Source of the DNA: Trichinella spiralis
Lineage: Eukaryota
Direction of reading: 5' to 3'
Length of the DNA: 39,354 bases
Assembly (NCBI RefSeq): GCF_000181795.1
Contig: NW_003526944.1
Span: forward strand, 2,593,434-2,632,787
The notes under the pieces are model-generated. The model was not told where the DNA came from. It saw only the letters and a program-made list of their open reading frames with translations, and ran no database searches. The translations under genes were made by a program, and so were the position numbers. This document shows, piece after piece, positions 20,205-32,196 of the stretch (the stretch's first letter is position 1; every line of letters begins with the position of its first letter).

Positions 20205-22802
20205 GAACGAATGTTGTTATGGAAACGGCCTTCTGAGGTAAAAAGGGCTAGGTGTCAATCTGGCTGGCCGGCCGGCCGGCTGGCTGATTGTGTAAATGCT
20301 TTCATGGGGCCAACGGCGGGCATAAGCTGCAGACGACAAGCTTGCAACGCTTCACGTCCTATCGAGCTCCGCCGCTTCTTCGTTGCATTTTCGCTGCACT
20401 GGTGCTGCGTCTGTGTTGGTTATTGATTTGCATCAGCTTTGCGGTGCAAGTTGTCGAGTCTTGTCGTTTTCATTCACTGCCCAATGGGACGCGCAAAGTG
20501 TTCAGTGCCGACAAACCGACAGCCCGGGATATGCCTAATCTTCGCCTGCTTGCTTCTTCTTCTTCTTCTCATTGGCTATTACATTGATCTGATCTTTCCA
20601 TTTTGCCATTGTTGCACACGCTAATATAACATTTTCATTTTAAAGAAATATCGTCGAAAAAAAACAGCAATGCGACTTGTAGTGGAATAATTTTTTTTCT
20701 ATTCAGAGGGAAAAAACGTCATATTTGTATTTGTTCAATGGATGAATTTTAATTATGTAATTTTTATTCAGTTCAGAACCCATCACTGACGAGTAATTTT
20801 GGAAAATTGATTTTTTACTAACGTGATCAATTTATGGGATGTTAATGAACGCTAGTCGTGCGCTGCTTGACATCCCCTTTCAAATAAACAACATTTCTGT
20901 TTCAAACTAGGCAGGCTATATTTTCTCCTTTTTCTATTGTCATTTTTATTCAATTTCTACATTTCATGAATTATCATTAATTGAGGGGAGGGGGAGAGAT
21001 GGGTTTATTTGTTTTTCTGTTTAAAATTAAAAAGAAAAGAAAATTATATTTTTCTTTAAAGTGTATTTTGATGAACTGCTGCTGATGATGATATTTTGAT
21101 AAACTGTACAGTATACTGTAGAGGTTGTGTTTGTCAAAATTGGCGAGCAAATTTTCCAAGTGAAATTTACAATTTCAACACTCCGCGTCGAAATGTTTTC
21201 TGCGGCTAATCAGTTATGAATTATGATTTGCAATTTGCGTATAATCAGCGTTGCAGCTGTGTGTGTGTGTGTTCAGCGGTTGATTTATTTGTTGACAAGT
21301 TTTTGTCACATCAAAGTGATATCGATTTTCCCTTTGAATTTGCCATATCCAATGGAAATTGTTTTTCCATATTTGTCGTGGAGAAAATTTATTTGCGCAA
21401 TTTGTCAAAAGATTGTCTCAAAGTTGACACTATCGCTCATTTGATAACGGCCGAGTGTTTGAAATTTATTGCTGCACAGTTGAACAAGCAGCTCAACGGT
21501 GATTGTTGTTTCGTCGTGGGTGGGAGGGAGAAGAAAAAAAAATATTCAAATGATTATTCGATTGCAAGCAACTGCTGCACTTGTCACTGTTGTACATTTG
21601 GAAACATGCAAATTTCCTTGCCGTTGACAATGCAAAAATGATCGAGAGTTTTGTTATTTTATAGAAAAAAAAATTTTCTTTTATCATTTTTGAAGAATAC
21701 AGGAAATTTTATGATGTTATTTTTGACTGAAAAAACCATTTTCAAGGAAGATTGTAAAAGAGTAAAATTATTTTCATCATGCACAATGGGAAATAATTGG
21801 TCAGTTTGAAAAAAGGATCCAGAATGTTGCCGGGTCGGGGATTCGGCGGCGTGCATCGATGGACGAATCGATGCCGTGTTTTACAAATTGCTTTCACTTC
21901 AGGATCAATGTGAAATAGCCAATTGAAGCGTTTTATTCTTTCAATCCGATTAACATGTTTGAAAAATTTATTTTTTTTCTGAAAACCGATCATTTATGCC
22001 ATGTTTGAATTGTTTGTGAGTCGATTTTAATCGCAATGTTTGTTCATTTTTCAATTTTGCATACGATACGTTATGAACTAATTTTTCTCTGCGAAGGAAG
22101 GCAGTTGAAATTTTATGCCATATTTGGGAGGAATTTAAATTCAAAAAAAAGGGAATACTTTTTCCTGGAATGATATAGAAATATTAAAGTTATTTTGTTT
22201 TGAATTTCAATAAATTCAAAATTGAATTACCTTAACAATTTTTGTAAAAGATTTGTACTTGCATTACTTTCGTAGCTCTTTACCGTACTCTGATCAGGCT
22301 TTTGTCGTTGCTTGCATTGACTTTGAATTTTTTGCGTTGTTCAAATTTGTTCCGAAGCGTGGCCTTTTATTTGATATTTCTTTATATATTTTAAATGTTT
22401 TTCTTTGGCAAACAAATTTTTATTTTTTCTTTTCCCCATGACCAGATATGACTTTTCGAAATTTTGAGGCATTTTTTATGGCATATTTGCGATTACTTCT
22501 TCACCAAATAAATTGTGTTTTATTTATATTTTTAGCTTTAACACTGTATTGTTTTTAAGTATTATTTTTTTATCTTTTTGTGTCGTTTGATGTATAAATA
22601 TTTCTGTTGTGTGATACTGAAATTATGTATTGTCGCAGAGGTGTGAATGGAATGGCTTTTCAATCAGACGGAATCAGCCGTCAATTTTTCCATTGCTTTA
22701 TTGTTTCTGTTTTTTGTTTGTTTTTACATCCATTGTTGTTGGTGATCAAATATGAATGAGAACTTTTAGTATAATTTCAGACTGATCTGCACAATCGTCA
22801 CA

Positions 22803-24618
22803 ATGAGCTCTCTGCGGGTGAATGTGAAATGGGGTAAGGAAAAGTTCGAAAACGTCGAAGTGGATTTGAGCGCAAGTCCAGTGCAGTTCAGGGCGCAGTT
22901 GTTCACGTTGACCGGCGTGCCTCCGACAAGGCAGAAAATACTGTGCCGTGGGAAAAATCTCAGACCCGACACCTGGGATGAGTTCCCCGTACAAGAGGGC
23001 AGCTTGATCATGCTGCTCGGTACGGCCGAGGAGTTGGTGGAACCGCCGGCACCGACCGAGCAGCCGACTTTTCTAGAAGACATGACCCCCGATCAGATAA
23101 GCGCGGTGATTTGTTCGAAAAGTGGTCTGAAAAATTTAGGTATACTTTTATTATAATAGCGGTTCATTTTACATCTAGTTAGTTGTATTCTTTCATTTAC
23201 AAGCAAGCCTTTACATTTTTGTTGTTTTTTGTTGAAATGCATACTTGGAACAATTCAGGTTGTACTGTAATGTAAATATCTGGATGATCAAGTGTTGTAG
23301 TGTTCAAGATTTCAATTTGCTTTTTTACATTTCTGAAATTGTTTGTTGAATTTTGTTCAGGCAATACGTGCTATATGAACGCAACTTTGCAGTGCTTGAA
23401 AGCGGTTCCCGAGTTGGAGTGTGCGTTGCATAATTTCAGATCCACCACAGCCCATCCGTTCACCAAGGAAAATATGTTACCTCTTGTCATCCAACAACAG
23501 TTCAAACTGATGAATCAGCCAGATTTGACCGAAAGTGTTCCTGTGATGCTTTTGAACGCCATACACATGACCATGCCTCAGTTCGCCACGAAAGGCGAGG
23601 ACGGTCGCCTGATGCAGCAGGATGCCAACGAGCTCTGGTTGGAATTGTTGCGCCGGTTGAAGAGCTTATTGCCGGGCACGTTGTTGGGCGTTCCCGATGC
23701 CAAACAGTCGGTGGTTGAGATGATATTCGGCGGTCGGTACAAAATCATCACCAAACGTGTCGACGAATGCGATGAACCGCCGGTCGAAACTAGTGAAGAT
23801 TTTTTACAGTTGAGCTGCTTCTTGTCGTCCGGCGTCCGGTATCTGTTTTCAGGATTGAAAGCCAAAATGACCGAAGAGATCACCAAATACTCGGACAAAC
23901 TGGGCTGCGATGCGGTCTACCAACGGAAGAGTGAAATTAGCCGCCTGCCGGGCTATTTGACCATACAGATTGTTCGATTTTACTACAAAGAGCGTGAAAA
24001 GATGAACGCGAAAATATTGAAAGATGTGAAATTTCCCATCGAATTGGACGTTTACGACCTCTGCTGTGATGAATTGAAGGAGAAATTGTTGCCGATGCGC
24101 GCGAAATTGAAACTGATGGAAGAGAAATTGCTCGAAACCGCTTACCAGAAGAGTCGAAAGACCCAAATTCCGGGCGACGAATTGAAAGCGGTAAACAGAA
24201 CGATTGAAATTGAATTGTTGTGATTTTTAATTTTTTGTGAGCAAAACTGAGAAAAAAGGAGCAGAAACAAATCTGATTTTCTTTTTTTTTCCAAATCCAG
24301 GAAGAAGTAGCAGTATTGGATGAAGAAATTCCGTTCTCTTTTCCCGACGATCCTGGTTCCAACAACAGTGGACTGTACCGGCTTAGGGCTGTGCTCACGC
24401 ACAAAGGTCGCAGCAGTAGCTCAGGGCATTACGTGGCTTGGGTGCTCAGTGACAGAGGCCAGTGGGTGAAATGTGACGATGATATTATTGAGCTTGTCAC
24501 TGAAGAGGAAATTTTACGCTTGTCCGGCGGTGGCGATTGGCACTGCGCCTATCTACTTTTGTACGGACCCAAAGATGGCACGACCGGATATTTGCACCAT
24601 ATGGAAGAAATCGAATAA
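22803..24618 (+). CDS. USP14: Ubiquitin carboxyl-terminal hydrolase 14 (USP14/Ubp6), 494 aa
   Basis: Exons 22803-23139, 23361-24190, 24301-24618 (1485 nt). N-terminal UBL domain (VNVKWGKEKF...LFTLTGVPPTRQKI), Cys box GLKNLGNTCYMNATLQCL, QQDANE, RLPGYLTIQIVRF, His box VLTHKGRSSSSGHYVAW, KCDDD, LSGGGDWHCAYLLLY. Confidence 0.97.
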
Positions 24619-26352
24619 AATCGAATAACGATACCGAATGGGCCAACAAGATTTCCACTATGTCGCTGCTTTTTCTTTTCTGCTGCTGCTGCTTAGGTTT
24701 ACTTAGTTTTCACTGCATCATCCTACTATTTGTATTTTATTATTTTAATTTCTTCCATCGTTCGTATACGTACATCTATTAATTTAATTAAACTTCATTT
24801 ATTGTATTAATAATAGAATGAAGGTAAATTATTCTCTTTTCCTCGGTCCGGTGTGGTGTCGTTTCGTGTGAGACACTCTTCGAACAACAAGAAGAAACAA
24901 CTACACTTTATCTATCATTCATTTATATAACTGTGCAGGCATTCATTTCTTCTTTCTTCTTAGAACATGCATACACACTAGGCAAGCTCTACTGTTTCTG
25001 TAAGCATGTTGCTCTCGCATTTAATCTTGGTTTTTTTTTCTTTTCTTTTCAGGAATCTTAACTATGTCATAAATTACTAACAAAAACGGGATGTTGTGCA
25101 CAATTTGCTCAGTAGAGCTGTTGATTTCTTTTTTTTTGTAAGTTGATTAAGCAACTTTTACTGTTGATCTGTTGTTGGCTTCTTTCAAGCATGCAAGCTT
25201 TTTGGTCACGTTTATCGGTAATAATTTCGGTAAAATTCTTTTTTTTTTCTTTTATTTTTTCCAATGTCATTAGTTTTTTTTTGTATTTTCTCTATTTCTC
25301 GTGCTTAGCAGTTGTTTATTTGATAGCAAATAGGTCATTGAACGAGTAAAGTGCCTGCCTCTCTTTCAACTTCTCTTCTATATTGGAAACCGTTGAGTAG
25401 TAGTAAACAGGACTATCAAAAAAATATAATTTTTCCCACCTCTGACATTGGTATCCTTAGAAGTTTCTACAGTTGTCAAAGCTAGCAGTGTGAGGGATAT
25501 TTTTTGTTTTGTTTTGTTTTTTTTTGCATTTATTACTTTTTGTCAACGTCGACAACTGAAATATGTATGCATTTTGTCACTGTTAACTTTTTTGCAATTT
25601 TCAAGCGCTCTTTTCCTGTGGTAAAATCGAGCAAACTCTGTGTTTTTCTTGTGGATGGAAAAGTTTTCATGAAATCATTTGCTGACATTTTGCAAAAAAC
25701 ACTTCCTTCGCATCTCTGATTGTGGCATATTTATTTTGCACTGACTGTTTGCATAATTCAGTAAATGCACAATGAGGAAAATGCTATTTACTGTACTCCA
25801 GAAAAAAAACAAATGAAATGAAATGTGAAATGTGTAATGTTTTTATTACTAATTTGGCATAATATTTGGCAAAAATTATGACTGTTAACGTATAGTTATT
25901 TTTTTTCTTCATCATTTACAACGGTAAGAGTAGCTTTCATTCACTTTTTCAATAAGTACTTGAAACGCTGTGCACATTCAGCATTTAAATATTTTGAAAA
26001 AAGAATTTTCGTTTTAAACATTCAGTTTAATAATATAATCAAGTTTGAATTTATCACTAGAAGTTATGATTTATTTATCTTGCAGCCAAATTGTTTCACA
26101 TTTTCTTTCACACATCTTACTGTAGTGATAATTATTGGAAATAAAAATATTAATCAAATACTTTTTAGCTGAAAAAATTTCGTATCAAATTTATCATTTT
26201 TGGTGTTGAAATTTCATCAGTATTATACAGTTTTACTTAATAATACGGTTTTGGAAAAATAAGAATTATACCTGAGCATCTTTATAACTGTACTTGTGTA
26301 TTTTTTCCGGCGCTTTTATTAAATTTTCATCGGCTCTGCTCATGATTTGACG

Positions 26353-29300
26353 ATGCGTTATCAGAATCAACTGGTCGATCTTTGTTATCGGCTTAGGGAT
26401 GAAAAATTGCTCGTCAATGCGGACATTGACTTGATTTTATGCCTAAATACGGAAGTGGAAGAGCAAATTCTTGAACTTGTCAAAGTGAGCGAATTAAAGT
26501 TATTATCAGTTGTCGTTGGAGTTTATTGATCATATTCTTATTGTTGATAATTTTATTTGATTCAATTTTTTGTTTTTTTTTAGATTTGTTGGATCCACTG
26601 CCATCAACATCGAACATTGTCCAAATTGCTGCAATCGCATCCCGACGCGACTGTGCAAAACGCTTGCAGTCAGCTTTGTCAACTCGAAAATGCGCATTTT
26701 TCCGATTCTAAAAAACAACTGGCCAACAACGAAACTACTGTCACCGAAATTTTGCGTCTTTTGCTGAACAGTAGCAAATTGGTCGCCACTGTTTTGCACT
26801 TTTTCGAATGCGTCGAGCCGAACTTGGCCGACGAATTGTGCTTTACCTTTTTCTGCAGCGTTTACGGCTCTTGCCAATTTGTGAACGATGAAAAGTGCCT
26901 TTACGCTGTGCTATGCGACTTGATGCGATTGCAATTTTCCCATTGTGAAGGGGAAAATTTGCGTCGCATGCTCCGCCGTGGCAGTGGCGCTTTTTGCAAA
27001 ATGTACCGTCTGGCTACTGGGAGTCTGTTTTCGGTCAGTCTGTTCCTGGCGTCCGCACTTTACCAACCGATCATGCAGTTGATCAGTCAGAACGAGCAAC
27101 TTCTGGAAATTGATCCCACCAAAGCTGCCATGAGATTTTCTGCCACTGAGAAGTTGGCCAACTGGGGACTTGAAGGTATGTATAGAGTTGATCATCGAGT
27201 TTTCTTCTTCTTTTTCCTCTTCGCTTCAAATGGGCTTACATTTGAGCAAACTTTTCACTTTTCAAATAGCTTTTTTTTATTGTTTTAATTTTTAATTTAT
27301 GCATTTGTTTACTGAAGCGTGAAGCGGGAAATGACGGATGCTTTTCTGTTTGCTTCTTATAGAAGTCATTTCGGTGAATCACCACTGATCATGTGATACG
27401 TTTTTTTTTGTTTTTGATCCTGAATTCAGTTTTTTGTTCATCACATGATGCTAATTGTTAGATTTGGAAATTGTCATGTCAAATTTCTTCTTTTTTATTC
27501 GTCAACCAGATTTTGAAGATTGTTTGAATTGGGGCGGCAATTGGGGTTTTCTTGTGAACAAACAGATTGAATGTTTGTTTCCTTTGTTTTTCTTTTTTTA
27601 ATTTTAATTTAAAATTGTTTTACTGGTTTGAAAATACTTAATTATGTAATTTTATTAATTGTTTTTGCACGTTAAATAAAGCACAAGATTGGATTGTTTA
27701 TTTTTAGAATATTAGATAATGCATAGTCTATTGATTGGAATGATTTTTGAAAAAATTTGAGACTGTAGTGTTTCAGATCTATTGGCTTAGTATATTGATG
27801 GAAATTCCAAAAAGTATGAATTGAAGGTGTTCTTTCAAATTATGAAAACAAAAAGTGCCGTTTCATTTCCTGAATTTTCACTGTTTTACGATTTTTGCTT
27901 TAATTTAACAGTTAATTTTTCTTTTTTTTTTATTCATCACTACCTTTGGCAAATTTACTGTAGAAATGGAGTGTAAATTTCAATCATTGAAATGCAGTCT
28001 AGTTGGTCAGTATCAAGTCAGCGGTGATAAATTGTGTTTTTTGAAATCAGGGCACATTATCTTAATTTTATTGCATGTTGTTTATTGTTAATTTACGAAA
28101 TGGATTTCAAATGATCAAGTTGTACATTTTTAATTGTAGGTTCTTTGCAATATAAAGAAAATATTGCAAATTACAGAAAAATTATTATTCAACGTTTGGT
28201 ATTGGTGAGCAACAATTTTATTCAATCCATTCGAGATAGTTTGCATTGTTTCCCGGTTCCTTTGGCTTGGCTTTTGCGTCAGTTGCATTTTTTCTTAAGC
28301 GACTGTTTGAAGCTGACCACGTCGGAATGCGATCAAATTTGCACCGAACTAATATTCAGTTATATAATTTGTCCGGCAATCGCCAATCCCGAAGCTTTTG
28401 GCATTTTGTCCGACACGCCGGTCAGTTCAGTGGCTCGCTTCAATCTGATGCAAGTTGGGCAGATTTTGCAAGCGTTGGCCGTCTGCCCTTGGGATCGTTT
28501 GGATTCGAAATTGAACGATCTGTACAGTCAATTTGACACCAATTCTGTCCACATGCTCTACCGGGCGATTTTGTCCGACACCGTTTCCATACCGTTGCAC
28601 AGGTCCAATTTGGACGATATCTACACGATGGAGGTGAAGCTGGCTCGTCGTCACGCGGCTTTTTCAACTGACGAACTCAACCAATTGGTGAAGCGCAATT
28701 GATTTTATTAATTTATTTATTTATTACATAAACTTGAAACAAAACAAAATAGAAAAAAAGATATATATGTATATATTGTTCCATTTTCTTTTTCAGTTGA
28801 ATGCTTTACGTCAGGTGGTAGAAAATTCAAGTGCGCCTGCTGGTCTGGAATCTTGCTGGCAAGAGTTGAAGCAGCTGTTGAATTCACTACCGACGACAAT
28901 TTTGTTGCCTTCAATGAATAATAATAATAATAATAATAATTCAACTATTGTTCAACAACAACAGCATCGAACACCATCGAAGCAATTGATCGACTTGACT
29001 GAAGCAATTTCTTCTTCCACTTCACGTTCAACAGTCCAATCATCGACCACCACTCGCAGTCGATCATGCATGAAACGTAACTTGTTTATCTGCCTATTTA
29101 TTTATTAAAAAAAGAAAATTTAAATAAAAGAATTTCCCCCATCGATAATATTTAAATATAATTTTATTGTTGCAGTGACGAAACCGTTGGCAACGATGTC
29201 ACTTATGAGAAGTCCATCGGAAAGTAACGTGCAAAATATACCATTGCAGCAGCAGCAACAGTCGTCGTCACCGCCAGCTTTGTTCTCGTCAACGGCAACC

Positions 29301-32111
29301 ACAACGGCGGCATCGTTGTTGTCAGCACCGACCGGATATCCGGATGTATTTTTATTCGCCATCAGCGATCCTCAAGAGCCGGTAGGTCTGTTTGGTGAGG
29401 AGAAATTCTTGTCAATGATGCGTCAGATGAAATACGGCCGGGAGGAGAGCTCTTGCAACGCCAAGCGTACGAGATTCATGCTGGCCGTCGACTCGGACTC
29501 ACTCGGCGCCAACAGTGACCAACTGGACGAGGTGGCCAGCGACGAACAACGTTCCGACTGTTCCAGCGCCGGACAGCTCACTGACCATGCCGATATGTCG
29601 GCTTTGAACGACAACTTTTCCGACGTCGACGCCGTACCCATGTCGGCCAACGTCAGCGGGCGCGGTTCTCCAAGCATCTCCGGTCGAGATACCCCTTCAT
29701 CTGTACCAGCCGATCAGAACGGTTTGTTTAATTTATTATTCATTTTGGCCCACTTTATTTATTATTAGGGTTTTATTTGAATTATATGAATGAATGAATG
29801 AATGTATGTATGTATGTATGTATGTACATCTTTGGTTTAATTTTATTTCATTCACTGCATAAGAAAAAAAACATAGTGCTTACCAGTAAAGGTCAGTTAT
29901 AAATGTGTAGCATAATTTGAAAATTCTGTAGAATGCCAATAGAGGAAATAGGCATATAGATGGATAGGTGAAGAAAGAGAGCGAGAGAGGTGAGGATGAG
30001 AGAGGGAGGAAATGTTTGTTTGCCAAACTGGACCGATAGCTTTTGATTATTTAATCAACAGTGTAAACTGCTAATGATGGAATTTATTTTAATTAAAATT
30101 ATGTCGTATAAATATGAGGGAGTATTTGAGCTTGTTACTGGGAGTTAGTCAAATACAGGCAATCAAGTGAAAAATATCAGCAGCTACTGTTTGATTTTCA
30201 TCTTGTATTTTTCAGATAACGCTTTTGAAGTGAGCAGTCAGAGTCCTTGTGGAAGCGGTGACATGCGTCAGAAGACCAGTTGCTGCTCACTGCCGTTGCC
30301 GACGATGAAAGCCAACGCCATGGAAGAACGCTTTGGAAAATTTGCAATGATGCCAACGCGGAACCGAGAATGCCACAGTAAAATCTTGAGCGGAATTTTT
30401 ACTTTAATTGGGATGGAATTCCTTCATTTCAGGAGATGAAACCCACTCTATGGTAAGTGACAGTTGGTCTACGGATGTTTTGGCCAGTGATTCGGAGTTT
30501 GGTGGCGATGTGCAGCAATCGCAGTTGCCGTTGTCGTCAGCTTGGTTGCCCGACATTGTGCCGTGCCCTGCCCCGCAGGCTCCGCGTCTGGATTTGATAT
30601 CGGAAAAAGCGCAACATATGCACACGAGCGCATCCGTCGGCGATCACAGCGACACTTGGTCTGTGGAAGCGTCCGATTCTGAAAATGATCCAAATCAACG
30701 GCTTAGGGTAAAAGCAGTGGATAATTTTGTAATTATTCCAAAAAAAATTAACCATTGAGAATTTTTATGTTAATTTCTTTTTGCATCTCCGGGTGCAGGA
30801 TATTGAAAATGACGTGTTCCAATCTGTTAGCGGTGTTGGTGAAAATTCTCGTCATATTCTGAAATCGCCAGTATCGGACGACGGTGATTCAGTGTCGGAA
30901 CAAGGATTGCCTTGTGCGTGCCAGTCGACGAAGCCGGTTCATCGACAATCAAGCGGCAGTTCGTTGTATTCAGAAATTCCAGACGAAGGGAGCAGCTGTG
31001 GAGCTGGACCGTCGTCGTCGTCTTTGTCGTCTGGGGCATATTTGCAGCATCGCCCTAAGCAGCAACAACAACGAACTTGGAAAACAGTCCCTGTGCAAGA
31101 ATTGTCGTCATCATTTCGACCATATTTGAATGCAACGAGCAGCAACAGCAACCACAAATCTTGCCCTGTCGTTGCTGATGGCAATTATCCGTCGGTTTGC
31201 TTTCGCGCCGGTGGCGATAAGGTGGACGAACTCGATCGTGAAGAGGTGTCAGTGGTTTTCCACAACGAATCTGCAGCTATGCCTAGCGGCAGCAGCAGCA
31301 GCGTCGTCAGGACAACGCCCACTGCTGCCGTCGGATTTGGTAATAGTAGCAACAATTTGCGCACAAATTTTGCCACAACAGTGGCGAAAAAATTGTCACC
31401 GCATGTCAACCGTGTAATTGGTCTTCGAGGTTCATCTTTCTCTTCTCCGTCAATAGCAGCAACAACAGCATCCACTGCTACTGCTACTACTACTACATTA
31501 ACCACAAATGCCGATCTAGCAGCACCATCTTCTTCCATTGCTGGTCGTGAAGGTCTTTTCAGAGGATTTCGTGGATTGAAGCCACTCCGAGGTGAAAATA
31601 TTTGTTTTTATTGTTGTGTTGGTGTTTGTTAATTTTTATTTTCACCAGGTCGAACACCAGCTCGTAACGTTACCAGCAAATTGCTTGCTGGCAATGGTGA
31701 ATCTGCTGCAGGTTCGTCGTCAGTTCAAGGGGAAAGTGCATGCGATTCGGCGGGCGGTGCACCGTTTGCATCGCGGGACTATACCGCCGAAACCGGTGAC
31801 CAGATTTTGGACAAGTACCGATGTATGGCTCTTCGAAATGATGACGAGCCTGGTGGTCCAACAACGACTACGACCACCACCCCTCTGGAACCACTGGTGC
31901 AGATGGACGAGGATACTGCTAGACCATATTATGATTCGAACAATTTGACCGAATGCCAAGCTTTTGTCGATTTGAAGCGCAAGCTTCGCCTCATACTGAG
32001 CACGGTCGACGTTGACACATTACCTGTGGTTACATTCAGACTGAGGTAAGAAAAATTAAAAATTAAAAAAAATACATTCATTTCAACAGTGTGTAAACTC
32101 TCATGTGTGTA

Positions 32112-32196
<85 letters not shown>

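Noticed and set aside
21216..21641. 141-aa ATG ORF upstream of USP14
   Set aside because: Contains (GT)n-derived CVCVC and A-run-derived KKKK; no domain or exon structure.
23578..24404. Minus-strand ORFs over USP14
   Set aside because: Antisense shadows of a GC-richer coding exon.
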